A stretch of 64,000 nucleotides of DNA from Eukaryota sp. TZLM1-RC (Eukaryota; Protista; Metamonada: BaSk clade), in contig JAUPSS010000003.1 of assembly GCA_040285825.1 (NCBI GenBank), positions 62,001 through 126,000 on the forward strand. Direction: 5' to 3'. Under the pieces are notes generated by a model that did not search any database, was not told the DNA's origin, and saw only the letters and a list, made by a program, of their open reading frames with translations. Both the position numbers and the translations under genes were made by a program. Below are positions 1 through 13,504 of the stretch, piece by piece (position 1 is the first letter of the stretch; the number at the start of each line of letters is the position of its first letter).

Positions 1-2950
1 CATTGCATAAACTTCAAGTCTGCAAACAACATCTTGTCTAAGTCATTAGAATCAGCAGAAGGCACGCTGAGTTTTAGACTCCGTAGTGTAACCCAACTAG
101 TACATGTGAAACACAGTTTGGCTATCATCCCTGGCAACAACATGTTACTCATTGGTAGAGACCTGCTTCATCACCTAGGCCTATTAAACGACGAAGGCCT
201 TTTCAGTAAGATGGACGAGGAACATCGTACATTATTACTGCCTAAGGCTGAATTCGATCATTGAATTTCCCAAGTCTCAGATGTCGTCAACGTCCCAGCC
301 GTTAGTTGGAGCACATACAGTCTTTTGGTTGCACGATTAACCTCGACTGTGACAACGACAATAAGACCTTACTTCTAACCTTGAAAGAATTCGAAGGGAC
401 ATTCAACCTTAAGCCGCATGCTGACGGGATTGACTGTCCTTTTATGGAAATCAACTTTCACGACGAAAGTGTCCGAGTGAGACAACCCCCTCGTAGGTTA
501 AACCCCGACAAGCAGAAAATAGCCAAACAGATCTTCGATGATTTCATCGAGTCTGGATTTGCTGTTCCATCGAACCATAGGTTCAGCTCTCCAATATTTT
601 TTGTGGTATACCCTGATCAACGTAAGCCTCGCCTTACCGGTGATCACAGTGGCAAGGACGGAGTCAACGCCAACACAGTTTCTGTTGAACCTAATCTTCC
701 AAATTTCCGGTGTGCTAGTCTTCCTTTCGGAAGCCAATTTTATCGGCAACCTTGACTTCCCCAAATTATTTTGGCAACTGAAAATTGCAGAAAAAAACTG
801 ACAAAAGACTGCCTTATGCATTGGTGGCAAAAGCATCATGTTCAAACGTGCAGCTTTTGGCCTCAGAAACATTTCCGTAGTATTTCAGAACGTTACGGCA
901 GAAATCTTTTCCGGAGAGGGTGTATCCATCTATGTAGATGACATCATCATAGTAGGTATAACTGTTCTCGAAAAAGCTCGAACCCGTAGAGTTTGCCTTA
1001 AACTGCCCAAGTGCCATTTTGTGTCCTCCAGACATCCTATAAAGCTTCCTAGGAGCAGATTTCAACACAAAACCAGGACTATAAATCCTACACGTATAGA
1101 GTCGTTACTGAATTTCTCCAGATCCAAAACTGTGAAAGACGTTCGTAGCCTTATCGGTTCAGTTAACCGTATTAGGGAATGGCTTCCCCAGGTAACCAAA
1201 CATGTTGCCCCGATTATCAAATCAACTCAAACCACCTCGCTTGCAGTGGACAGACACTCACAATTTCCATCTAGCCAAAATCAAACGTTTGATCGCGAAG
1301 CATATGCCCTTAAACTTACCTCCGGTGGACAATTAAGTACTTATTAGTTGTCTTACTCTAACTTAGTCGTCTTACTCTATATCTGATACCTCAATCACTG
1401 GTTAAGGATACGCTTAACCTCCTACATGGATTCTTGCAAGGTGGCCACCAGTAAGGCAGAAAGTCTCTTCAGACTTAAAAACAGCGATTACTGGTGGCTT
1501 GACATGCTTTTAGACATGAACAAGCACGTTCTAGAATGTCCTTCCTGTCAAAAAACAGCAGTAGTTTTCAAACTGCATGTTGCCACTACTGCTTCCTTGT
1601 GGGCTGACAGACCATTTGCTAGAGTCAACGTCGATGTCATTGATCCTGTTCCTGAAGATCAAGACGGCCACAGATACTTTTTCGTATTTGTGGACAACTT
1701 CACGATGTTCACTATCACAGTTCCTCTGAAAGAACTAAAGCCCAATTTTACCGCTGATGCGCTCATATGAAAAGTGTGTGCCGTATTCGGGATTCCGTTC
1801 CTAGTTTATAGTGATAAAGGGCCAGAGTTTTCCAAAGCTGTCTTCGACGCTCTATGGCAGTTTTCGGGTATAGAAATCTCAAAGTTCCTTCCTCACTTCT
1901 CGCAATTCAACGGTTTAGTCGAACGCCGTCACCACAATATTTTGCAGAATTTGAGGAAGCTGTTTGTTCGTAGACTTTAATGCCTACGACATATGGTCAG
2001 AGTACATCCCATATGTACAGTTGTTGATCAACTCGTCTAAGAGTTCGATAACCAGTTACTCACTATATGAGCTCATGTTTGGTTCAAATTCTAGCCCCAG
2101 AGCTGACCCCGGCAAAATCGTAAAGAGCCTTGAAAGCTCAACGTCTGAGTCAACATACATCAACGACATCCAATCCAAATTTGCTAGATTGAAGAAGAAA
2201 CAGGATGAAGCAGAGCGCCCTCAAGCTTTCAAAGCTCCTCCTCATGATTCCCAAATCGAAGTTAATTCTTTCTCTCCGGGTCAACTGCTCAAGCGAGCTT
2301 CGTCTTCCATGGCTAAGTTCTATGGTAATTATAAAGGACCTTTTTTAGTTTTAGATACAACATCTACCTCCACAGCTGACATCAAGAATCTGTGTACTGG
2401 TATTGCAGGTAAGGTCAGTGTGAAGCATTGACAACCTTGGCACTCCTGCTTACCCGTAGATGAAAAATTCCATTCCTGGGTTGCAGCCGGTGATGCCGAA
2501 GAGCATGTGATTCACAAAGTACTCAGTCAGGATGGTGATCACTATCAAGTCCAATGGCCTGGCAATCATTTTACCACTGAACTGGTTTCGATTGTTCAGA
2601 GCACTTCTGCTTGTAAAAAATTCTCCAAGTCTTTAGCTAATACTCGCTTTCGCCCTTCTGGCTGAAAACGTCGTACTAATAAAATTAGCAATAATAATAA
2701 TATTGATCCTACGACTTTAAGGTTGCGACGCTCGAAAAGGAGAAAGGGCAGTGTTAGCCTTCCATAATATTTATATTTCATTGTTATGTTAGTTTAGAAT
2801 AGTTTATATAATTTTAGTTTATTCTAGTTTAATGTACAATTGCGCTCTAGTGCTTAAGTCAAGGGAAAACCGTTTTGCCATTATAATAAATTACTTTGCT
2901 TTTAGGTATACACAGATCATTATTAGGGCTGTGGTGGCTACCAAACATCA
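1..2950 (+). mobile_element. Degenerate Ty3/gypsy LTR retrotransposon (PR end-RT-INT-chromodomain, PPT, 3' LTR); 5' part outside window
   Basis: Fragmented ORFs 34-2431 parallel the pol of the 52414-59809 element (RT 'AAFGLRN...IYVDDII', INT 'CPSCQ', 'SDKGPEF', 'GLVERRH'). PPT GAAAAGGAGAAAGGGCAG is followed by TGTTAG at 2752, as in the intact element. Confidence 0.9.
2752..2950 (+). repeat. 3' LTR of degenerate gypsy element
   Basis: Starts TGTTAG right after the PPT; probable end ...AACATCA resembles the ...ACCATCA end of the intact element's LTR. Confidence 0.6.
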
Positions 2951-3009
2951 AATTATATAAAAAATGACCAGTACAGCTACTGATAGTCGAATTAATTTAT
3001 TTTGCTCTT

Positions 3010-3197
3010 ATGCTATTTAAGCCTAAAGGAGCCAACATTGTTTCTTCCCTTTTTCAAAATTAATTAACCTATGCTTCAAAAGTATGATATGTTGCCGTAA
3101 GTCTAAAGTGGTTGAAGAAAGTTAATGAGGAAAAAATATTTGAAGTAAAGTGAATTGACTTTGTTTCTTATGCTATTTAAGCCTAAAAGCGCCAGCA
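3010..3197 (-). repeat. Remnants of short-LTR family (partial LTR + PPT + LTR)
   Basis: TAAGCCTAAAGGAGCCAACA|TTGTTTCTTCCCTTTTTC and TGTTGCC...AAGCCTAAAAGCGCCAGCA resemble 45937-46050, 47270-47358 and 34536-34611. Confidence 0.6.
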
Positions 3198-3455
3198 TAC
3201 AAAAAAGAGGGGGAAACTGTATTTCTAACTGTACGTATGAACGGTATAAATTTTGTATCCACAAACAATTTGCGAAGGAAAAACAATGAGAACTGATGGG
3301 AATACTGTGTATCCACCAAAATTTGTAAGTTCTCCATATTCTAGGAAATATTGCACTAACAGTGTTGCTGAACAATTAAGTAACGGTGTTCCTAGGCAAG
3401 ACATGAAATTGGATTTACGTGTCACAACCCTGAAACCAAAAGATGCACATCGGAT

Positions 3456-3690
3456 TATAGAGACTTTTGACTATTTGAAAGAAAATGAATAGTGATATAT
3501 TGCCTCAAGTTAGCAAAAGGAGCATAAAAATATTGCTGAATGCTTGCTCTTGGAGTAAAGGTTTTTTAACAATATAGAGACTTTTGACTATTTGAAAGAA
3601 AATGAATAGTGATATATTGCCTCAAGTTAGCAAAAGGAGCATAAAAATATTGCTGAATGCTTGTTCTTGGAGTAAAGGTTTTTTAACAAT
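3456..3690. repeat. Tandem duplication, 2 x 117 bp
   Basis: TATAGAGACTTTTGACTATTTG...GGTTTTTTAACAA starts at 3456 and again at 3573, near-identical. Confidence 0.9.
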
Positions 3691-3968
3691 TGTATTCGTA
3701 ATTTGATAAAGGAATTTGTACTTCAATGGTTTGAGAGCAGAAACTAAAAATAAAATAAAAAAAGTCTTTGAATAACTTTGGAAATGTTTTCACTTTGGTT
3801 CTAAGAAGGAAACTTAATCTTGTGAAAGCTTTTGAATATAAAGCAATGGGACCAAAAAAGACAACAATGCTGCGGTGTAGACTGTTCCAAAAGAAGATGA
3901 AGAATTTGATGCTCATTAAAGCAATAAGCATATAAGAAATTTATTTATTAAAGTACAATTAATCAGAT

Positions 3969-6068
3969 TTACTTGCTGGTATTACGTCCAGTATTATATT
4001 TTCTAAATTTATTTAGCAGAGGAGTCTTAATAGTTGACCTTGATAAAGAGCGTGGACTAAGAGAAACAGTGTAATCCTCCGTGAACAGATCATTAATTTT
4101 TAATGAATCCTGTTGAGAACAGGATTCATCAGTACTGGTTAATAAATGAGTTGGGACCGCAAATACTGTCTTAACCTTGGAATGCAATTCTTCAAGAAAA
4201 GAATAGGAACCCTCACTTAGTAGCACATAATGACGTGAAACGAGAAAAACAGATATCTTACAAGAGAATAGTAAAGAACAAACCAATGAAGGCAAAAGCA
4301 TATCTTGGTTTTTAGCTAATTCAAACTCTTGAGGATCTAATTTAGACCAAAAACCTGAAAACTTGCGTACAAAAGACTGCAATCCAAAGGGGGTTAAGCC
4401 ATTTGCTTGATTAATTATAAGTTCACAATTACCTAAAACCATTGAACTATTTTCCTTCAAAAAAGGAGAAAACGAAAACTTCTTGAAAATAATTTCAGAT
4501 TGAGTTTGAAAAAAATTTCTCGGTAGGAAAGAATAATTCAATGTTTCAGTAAAAGTGACGGGGTTAATTGATAGGGAATCATAACAAAAATTGTGGGATT
4601 TAATTTGGGTAATCTGGTTTTTAAAAGCATGGACAAATTGAATCAAATAGCACAAATTTGAAACCGTGTCATAAAATTTGAAAGAATCATTATTTCTACT
4701 TACAATTGGAGAGGAACAATAATTGTTTGGAGAATAAAAAAGTAAGATTTGACTCAATAAGGATGAAACATCTATATCAAATCCATTAAGATTTTGCTTA
4801 ACATAATCCACAATATTTTGCTTTTTAGACAAAGAATGTGCTAAATAACTAAGATAACCAAGGTCATTGATGGCACCTTCCATAACAAAAGGTCGAATCA
4901 AAGTAATCAATGATTGAGCAAACTCAGAAAAGGAAACAGAATGTTCACAAATTGATGAATTATTGATGTTAACGTTGGATTGAAAATAAAGATTCATCAT
5001 TTTTGTTAAACATTTAGTGAAATATTGCTTGAAAGGAATTAAAAATTCAAGGTGTATGAGAGTTTTGATGATTGAAGGACATCCTTCATTAGGATTGGGT
5101 AAAAGATCAAAAGAAACAAGTTGATTCGTTCTATTTGAATTAACCGATTGAAACCTTTGAATTGGAAATAGTACACAAATTAATGAACTTAAAATAGAAG
5201 AAATTTCCTTACCGAGAGCAATTAATATGTCCTTTTGGTTTGCATTAAGATTATTTGAAGGTAAAAATTCTTTCAATATTTGTGATAAATTACTGCATTC
5301 AGTGGAATGAACAACATTAATTAAAAGATAAATTCCATTTAAGAGACGTCGAAGCTTGCATAAAAAGTATTTAGGAACAGCCTTGACAAGCAACAGTAAA
5401 TCATTAAATAAACAAGTTTTTGAAGTAGCACTAATATGCAATGAACCAAGTTCAGATTCCAATTTGGTATTTTCAACACCATTAATTCCAAGTAACCGCA
5501 ATTGGGAACAAGACAAAGAAGCAAAGATAGAGAAGAACTCAACCTCTCGAAGTAAAGCGGTAATAGGAATAATAAGGTGAGGAAAATCAGCCTCCACCAT
5601 CGTGTAATGATTACTGGGTGTACATTTTACAGAAATCTTGCCAACAAAACCATATTTAGGGGACATACACATTGAATGCAAGACTCGTAAAAGTGGAGAG
5701 AGGATAGGTTGAGGTTCAAATTTCAGTTTTGAGTGAAAGAAAGAAAGAGAAGAGAAAAAAAGGTTAGACATTGATGGACTATAGCTTCCTGCAAAGACAA
5801 TGTGAATGTTTGACGGATTGTACTGAGACACGGCATGAGATATGAGAGAAAAAGGGTGTGGTGACAATAGTTTTGATTCAGCAATGTGCAGGAAACCTGG
5901 TGAATTGATGAAATTGGAATCAAGCAATGCATGGAAGCAAAGAGGTGAAATGAAGTCATTGAACAATGGAGAAGGTATTGCGATAAGGGCAGGACCACAA
6001 TACAAAAAAGGGTGAGATCTTCCATAGTCATGAATAAAAGAGCTCTCGGCACACAGTAGATCGTCCAT
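3969..6068 (-). CDS. Hypothetical protein, 699 aa
   Basis: Long uninterrupted ORF with host-like composition; no motif recognised. Confidence 0.7.
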   Translation of the reverse strand: MDDLLCAESSFIHDYGRSHPFLYCGPALIAIPSPLFNDFISPLCFHALLDSNFINSPGFLHIAESKLLSPHPFSLISHAVSQYNPSNIHIVFAGSYSPSMSNLFFSSLSFFHSKLKFEPQPILSPLLRVLHSMCMSPKYGFVGKISVKCTPSNHYTMVEADFPHLIIPITALLREVEFFSIFASLSCSQLRLLGINGVENTKLESELGSLHISATSKTCLFNDLLLLVKAVPKYFLCKLRRLLNGIYLLINVVHSTECSNLSQILKEFLPSNNLNANQKDILIALGKEISSILSSLICVLFPIQRFQSVNSNRTNQLVSFDLLPNPNEGCPSIIKTLIHLEFLIPFKQYFTKCLTKMMNLYFQSNVNINNSSICEHSVSFSEFAQSLITLIRPFVMEGAINDLGYLSYLAHSLSKKQNIVDYVKQNLNGFDIDVSSLLSQILLFYSPNNYCSSPIVSRNNDSFKFYDTVSNLCYLIQFVHAFKNQITQIKSHNFCYDSLSINPVTFTETLNYSFLPRNFFQTQSEIIFKKFSFSPFLKENSSMVLGNCELIINQANGLTPFGLQSFVRKFSGFWSKLDPQEFELAKNQDMLLPSLVCSLLFSCKISVFLVSRHYVLLSEGSYSFLEELHSKVKTVFAVPTHLLTSTDESCSQQDSLKINDLFTEDYTVSLSPRSLSRSTIKTPLLNKFRKYNTGRNTSK

Positions 6069-6189
6069 GAAAGCGGCAAGTTACTGTATCTGGTAAGGTG
6101 GGTTAAACGACTTAAGCAAGTATGAATCTGCAGTATGATGCAAAATTCAATTAAATGTATCGTTTTTTGATACGTTTTACTCTAGAAAA

Positions 6190-8415
6190 TTAATTTATTA
6201 AACTTACACACTTGACAAAATAAAATCATAACTAATGGGACGAAATTCATTGAACCAAGATTTCCTCTACACAATCTTGATCTGCTTGCTGTCTAGCTAA
6301 AGCTTCTCTAAATCGATTGAAAAACCGAGGTAATCTATTAATAATGGCAAATTGAATCCCAGAGCGCCATAAAAAGATATCAAATCTTTTCATTGTTTTT
6401 TCTTGAACCATTTTTTGAAAATCATTCAAAAAAGTTCCTGCTTCTATTGATAGTCTTCCGTTTATCGAAAATGGGAATGCAATAAAAACTAGCTGTGTAT
6501 TTCTACCAGCATTAGCCTCTTCAATATCTTTATCATATTTTTATGTTTTTCTTTAGCTTTAAATTCAAGACCACTTACAGGATTAAGTTTTCTTATTATT
6601 GAAGCCAAAGTGTTATTTGTGACATTACAGAAGACAAAGTCTACAACAGCTTCAGAGTTCTCAATCCAATCACAGAATACATCATCTCTGTCATCAGAAC
6701 CAAAATTATTCAATGACAGTGTTTCTTTCAGCAGAGGCTTTTTAATACGCGAGATTCTTGCAGTTCGTGTCATATTGAAAACAGTGTCTCTAACAGCATC
6801 ATGTAATGAAGAACGATAGGTTATCAATTTAGAACAATTTAGAGCATGACGCAAAGTGAGCTGTGGTGAATTCGAACAAAGACATTTTTCTTTTGATAAT
6901 AATTGGTTAATGGGGATGTTCAAATATAATCTCATTTTTGTTACAAATGCTTCATTAGTAGCACACAATCCAAATCTTCGTGGTACAATGGTTACAAAAA
7001 GTGAAGAATCTGACACCTTGTTTTCACAAACACCCTTTTCCAATAACAATGAGTGAAGATCTTGATTTAAAACAGCCGAGCTGCAAATATTATTATAAAG
7101 ATCTTTTTCATACATTCCAGTCAATCTTTTCTGTAATGTTCGAAGAGTGTACTTCAAATTTAAAACATTTTTTCTGGAATATTGCCATTGAATGATTGGG
7201 GAAAACATCGACCCCATTTTTCTACATCAATTCTTGAAATTTCTTCATTTAATGCAAAAACAGTGGAACTTTGCGTTGTCATCAATAAATCTTCCCAATC
7301 TGCAAATCTTTCGGAGAACTCAAAGATTGCATTTCTGCATCCACCAACAAAAGCACACGAGGTAAGAATAGAAGCCTTCGTCCACCCTAAACCACCATAT
7401 TGTGGACTAAGGTAAGCATGATCTGGAATTTGAAACATTTTACATCCCAGTAATTGAGACAGAACTTTTGCACGTAACTCATTAAACTTTTTGAGCCAAA
7501 GGTCTAGTGACGAGAGGATTTGTAGATCGAAATATATGATTAAAATTGGAACTAAAACACAGTCTTATAATGGTAAATTTGATGTGTTTTTTTATATCTA
7601 AATTCATCATTCGGTCAATTTTGTCAGAAATTGAGTTCAACTTCAAACAATTTTTTGGTAATTTCATCATTATTTCCTAAAAACGAACCCAAATGACGAA
7701 TAGCATCAATTGAATATAATTTGGCTTGAATTTCAATATCATCAATTATTGTGGAAACTGGAGAATTCGATAACAAAACACATTTAAGTAAATTAAGTCG
7801 GAGACCAATTTTGGTAAATAATTCTTTAAAACATACAGTTGCTTTTTTCACAATATTTAATTCACCAATAAGCACAACATCATCCATATATGCAATCATT
7901 TTTAGTGAAGGAAACATCTCTTGAATTTGCAGTAGAATAGGATGAATGGCCAAACAAAACAAAAGTGGTCCTAACGGATCTCCTTGCTTTACGCCACTTG
8001 ATGAAATCAAAATGTTGTTACCAAAATGTAAATTAGAATATGTGCAATATGTTGATTGAAAATATGGTATTAATTCTGGCATATATTGCAATAGAGCACC
8101 ATGGATACTCCGACGACTTAGCGAATTGAAAGCATTACTAAAATCCAATGACATGCAAACATTGGATTCATTTTGACGAAATAAGACATCAGTAGCAAAA
8201 ATCGCTGAAGAGACTCCATCTGTAGTATTTATACCATATTGAAAGGGTAATAAAATCTTTTTAGCTTTTTCATTGAACCTGCTTAAGCAACACGCAGAAA
8301 AAATATTATGTAAGCTCTCAGAGACTGCAATAGGACGAACATCCATTTTTGAATTTTTGACAAGTGCAGTCAAACGAGAACTTCTGAAATCATTATATTT
8401 GCAGTTGAAACTTTC
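6190..8415 (-). mobile_element. 5'-truncated CRE/SLACS-like non-LTR retrotransposon (RT + zinc knuckle + RLE), frameshifted
   Basis: 'RPIAVSE', 'LDFSNAFNS', 'GVKQGDPLGP', 'YMDD', C-x-C...H...C, 'HDAVRD', 'RDDVF..D'; paralogous to 48059-50290. Confidence 0.9.
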
Positions 8416-8556
8416 AGATCAAAAATTTTGTAAAGGAAATGTTGCTTCAATGAAATTCGTCCCATTAGTTATGAGTTTATTTTGTTAAGTGTGAAAGCTC
8501 AATAAATTATAAGTTGAAATTTTCAACTTTGATTTAAACAAAATAATGAAACAATT

Positions 8557-8983
8557 ATGGAGTCCAAATTACAATCTTTAATGAACAATGCCATGTTAAA
8601 CTCAGAAAATATGAACGCTGATCATCATTGGCTGTCCATGTTGATTGATCTACCTTTTAGAATTATTAAATTTGCAATTACTTCATCCTTGAATGTACTA
8701 CCTACTGTTGATAACCTTTCTCTATGGAAAATTTGTCGGAAAATGCCTGATGGATCTAAACTATTGTCTCCTGTGTGCTTGTTATGTCAATCTAGGCTAG
8801 CAAAATTATGCCACATTTTATGCATTTGTCCAAGTTATCAAATTCCAGAAATAAACAATAGACCCAAGTGTAGACATGATTCAATTTTAAATAATTTTGT
8901 AGACCTCTTAGTTCCTTTCTTAGATCATTATGATGTTAACTGCGATTTATTTAACCACACAAATCATTATGTAACTTTTCAAT
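8557..8983 (+). pseudogene. C-terminal fragment of a second RLE non-LTR family (HERO/NeSL-like)
   Basis: 'NVLPTVDNLSLWK', 'CLLC...HILCIC', 'RHDSIL'; inverted identical copy at 47490-47916. Confidence 0.7.
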
Positions 8984-9154
8984 CCAATGTTGACTCTTCT
9001 ACTCCTTGCGCATTGCAGTACCCTCTGTATTCTGTCAAATAGTTGTTAGAGGGTTGATCCTATTGATATTATGTCATGGATGTAAATGAATACTACTTCT
9101 ATTTGGAAAATTTCCATAATTACATCTTGAAAAATTGCTGGGATATTTTATTAC

Positions 9155-10415
9155 ATTTATTAAACTTACACACTTGACAAAAATAATTCATAACTAATGG
9201 AACGAAAATCATTGAACCAAGATTTCCTCTACAAAATCTTGATTTGCTTGTTGTTTAGCTAAAGCTTCTCTAATTCGATTGAAAAACCGAGGTAATCTAT
9301 TAATAATGGCAAATTAAGTCCGAGAGCGCCATAAAAAATATCAAATCTTTTCATTGGTTTTTCTTGAACCATTCTTTGGAAGTTATTCAAAAAAGTTTCT
9401 GCTTCTACTGGTAGTTTTCCGTTGATCAAAAATGGAAAAGTAATAAAAACTAGTGGTGTATTTCTACCAGCATTAGCCTCTTCGATATCTTTGTCATATT
9501 TTTTATGTTTTTGCTTAGCTTTAAATTCAAGAGCACCTACAGGATTAAGTTTTCTTCTGTGAACCAAAGTGTCATTTGCAACATTACAGGAGACAAAGTC
9601 AACAACAGCTTGGAGTTCTCAATCCAATCACAGTATACATCATTTCTGCCATCAGAACCAAAATTATTCAATGACAGTGTTTCTTTCAGCAGAGGCTTTT
9701 TAATACGCGAGATTCTTGCAGTTCGTGTCATATTGAAAACAGTGTCTCTAACAGCATCATGTAATGAAGAACGATAGGTTATCAATTTAGAACAATTCAG
9801 AGCATGACGCAAAGTGAGTTGAGGTGAATTCGAACAAATACATCTTTCTTTTAATAATAATTGATTAATGGGAATATGCAGCTATAATCTCATTTTTGTT
9901 ACAAACGCTTCATTATTAGCACACAGTCCAAATCTTCGTGGTACAATGGTCACAAACAGTGAAGAATCTGATGACTGATTTTCACAAACACCTTTTTCCG
10001 ATAGCAATGAGTGAAGATCTTGATTTAAAACAGCCGAGCTGCATATATTTTTATTAAGATCATTTTCATACATTCCAGTCAATCGTTTCTGTAATGTTCG
10101 AAGAGTGTAATTTAAATTTAAAAAATTCTTTTCAGGAATAGTGCCATTGAATAATTGGGGAAAGCATCGACTCCTTTTTTCTACTTCAGTTTTTGAAGTT
10201 TCTTCATTTAATGCAAAAGTAGTAGAACTTTGCGTGGTCATTAATAAATCTTCCAGATAGGCAAATCTTTCAGAAAACTCAAATATTGCATTTCTTCATC
10301 CACCAATAAAAGCACATGAAGTAAGAATAGAGTCCTTTGTCCAAGCTAAACCGCCATAATGTGGACTAAGATAAACATGATCAGGAAGTTGGAACATTTT
10401 ACATCCCAGTAATTT
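9155..10415 (-). mobile_element. 3' fragment of CRE-like non-LTR element
   Basis: ORF pieces 9259-10241 match the C-terminus of 48514-50226; shares the 3' UTR motif CCATTAGTTATGA. Confidence 0.85.
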
Positions 10416-10449
10416 GTTTTTTTGTAAACTGTATTTTTATTGAACTAAA

Positions 10450-12330
10450 ATTCTGTCTAATATTCAATATCCTCCAAACAAGCATCATTATTACTAAACC
10501 TACTCACAGAATTTCGTTCATATTCTACACAATTAGCTAAAAGAGCTTTAGAAATCATTGTTGGTATAGACTTGAAAATGCAAAAAACAATTCTTTTTAA
10601 CCAGAAAGTGGAATTCATTTTTTTACGAGATCTATTCAGTAAAATTTTTTGAAGTATTCAAAAAGTGTAACCCTGAAGGTCCAATATTGCCAAAGAGAGA
10701 AATTGCAAACGGCACAAACTGATATTTCACATGTTCGACTCTACCTAGTTGTGCCAATGGTGTTTCGTATTTTTTTGTTTTCCGTTTTTCGGCGTTAAAA
10801 TATGGCGAATCAGCAAAATACACCAAACGAGCAGCAGAATTTTTGCAGACATCTACTGAGACAACATCCACAACGTTGGGAACACCATCGATCCCTGGAG
10901 CTACTAAATCTGCTCTTCTTTTACAAAAAAAATCATCAGTTTGATCTGAGGATAGCTTATTAACTAACGGTTCAATAAAAAACTCTATATTGAAACTTTT
11001 GCACATAGCATAAAATTGATCACGAACTGAATCATGAACAATTGAGCGATAAGTTATAAAACATTTGCAGATTCCAATATCGGAAAGTGTAACCACATTC
11101 TTGCAGCGACAAAATAAATCATTTGGTATCGAACAAGGCCATAAGAAACATCTCATTCTCATAGCAGTGGTCCATTGATGATCATTGAGTAGAAGGCCAT
11201 AAATGTTGGGGAACTTGGGAGATTAGGCAACTTGAGCAACTGTCTTCAAGGTCAATCAAAAAGTTTGCAAAAGCGGTATTTTTTTCTTCAGCCAAGCTAA
11301 GACGTACAATAAAATGTGCAAAACTCAGTGGTAAGGAGAGCAAGCTTCTTGAAGGAAGTTCCACAGAATCAGAGGGAAAACATTCAAACCAGATATTTGG
11401 TGAAAGAGTTTCAATTTTCTGTTGCAAAGAATTAAGATTAAGGCTGGCACAGTTTTCAATGAGATCAATTTTTCTGGAAAGCGATTCACAAATTCAAAGA
11501 TAAAATTGTCACCACCACCATTAAATGCAGCTTTAAAAATTAGTTTGATTCTTGAAGATCAACACCACCAAAATCTGTACTGCAAAAAATGTGGCTTCGT
11601 TATTCAGATGCATCAATTTCTAATAATTTTTCCAAAAAATTGGTCCTTTGTTCATTAAAAATACGACAAAATTCCAAAGTAATTAATGGTGATGGTGATC
11701 TCAAAATATGAGTAAACTTTCCAGAATAACAAATTTTTAGAAAAAACAATTTCAAATGTTTTTCAATATTTAAATTTTCAACTGATTCTAATTCATTTCC
11801 AAATTGAGTCAACAAATTCGAAAGTTGGCTTTTGACATCATCAGTATTTCCGAAATAACAACCCCAAAAAAACGAAAACCAGAGTGATCGTAATTGATGA
11901 AGGGGACATTGACGTGATTAATGGAAAAATCAATTGGTTCATGGCCAATAATCAAACATTTGGAGATATTCAATGAGAGACCAATATCTTCATAACGCTG
12001 TTGAATAAAAGTTGCTATTTGTTTCAGAATTGTAATAGGAGCAATTAAAGAAATGTCATCCATATATGCTACAATATCTATTTCTGGGAATTTTTCTTTT
12101 AATTCGCACATTAATGGATGAATTGCCAGACAAAAGAAAAAAGGACCTAGTGGATCACCTTGTTTAACACCTGAAGACGAAAGCAGGTCAAAGTTTTCAT
12201 AGACCAATGTGGATGATTTTCCATAAAATGAATAGAAAAAAGGCTCAACTTCAGGAAAATGCTTTTGCAGCAAAGGTAAAATGGAAGAACGAGATACAGA
12301 ATTGAAAGCATTCTTAAAATCTAAACCTGC
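10450..12330 (-). mobile_element. Degenerate CRE-like non-LTR element (different subfamily)
   Basis: 'GVKQGDPLGP', 'YMDD', 'HDSVRDQ', RLE 'RADLV...VDV'; multiple frameshifts. Confidence 0.85.
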
Positions 12331-13504
12331 ATTGTATCAGATATGCATAGGCACGTTTTCACAAGAAGTGTGAAGAAACAATATCATACAACGGTGTGTA
12401 AAACAAATGTTATGTAAATTACAATTCAAAAGTTTGTTGTCAAGTGTCGAGTTTTTCCTCATGAATGAGGTTTTTCAAATGAAAAATGTGCCCAATAGTT
12501 TGAGCTTTAAAATTGTTTCTTCGATATACATTGAATTTATGTTGATTAGAAAAAAAATAAAAAAAATTTGTTTATCATTGTAAGACTTCATCCAACATTG
12601 TTTGAATACACACCAAGTGTAATTAAAGACAAGTGGTGCTATCTAAAAACTTGAAATTTTCAATTGTGAAATGCGCACTCAGTTTTGATTTTTTCAATGG
12701 CAATTAATCTTGTATAGATTGATGTAAATGTTGCAAAAAGTTGACAAATAATGGAATTAATATCCAAGCAATGACATGACCATCAGTGTAAATGTGACAT
12801 AACGCTTATAAATTTTGAAAATGTTGATGAATTAACCAAAAGAATGTTAATCATGTAGAAATTAGTGTAAACTCTGTCAATTGCTAAATATCACCAATTG
12901 ATTTATTTCAATTAAATGTTGACTTTTTTTAGAATATACTTGACATAAGAAAAAGATTTTAGATTTTCTTGGATATACATTGTATTTATGTTGAATAAAA
13001 AAACAATACTTGTTTAACATTGTAAGAATTCATTCAACATTGTTTGAATACACACCAAATGTCATGAAAGACAAGTGGTGCTATTTTGTAATCCATTTCT
13101 AGGTTTCAGAAAGAGAACACTGGAGTAACAGATTGATTATGAAGTGTTGTGGAGAAAAGAATAGAAACTGCTTCTAACATCAATTGTGAAATATATAAAC
13201 CTATAATATACTTCTTTAAAGAATTGCCTTAAAATATTCGGACATCAAACTGTTTGAATAGTAGAATGTGCTTTTGGCAACATCAATTTTCTCCAGTATT
13301 CTATACTTTTTCTGCTGTCAAGGCACACATTTCACATAGAACATTACAAAAAACAAAATGCATCCTTAACAGCTTAATTTTCAATACAATACAATACTGA
13401 ACCAAAAACAGAAGTCTATTTCTGATAATGTTCTACTCAACTGTTTAAACAACATTTTGACCGTCTACAGAGCGAGAAAAGGAATAAGTTTGTGATGAGG
13501 AATG

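Noticed and set aside
3456-3690. CRISPR-like array
   Set aside because: Only two adjacent 117-bp units with no spacers; no repeat-spacer array seen anywhere in the window.
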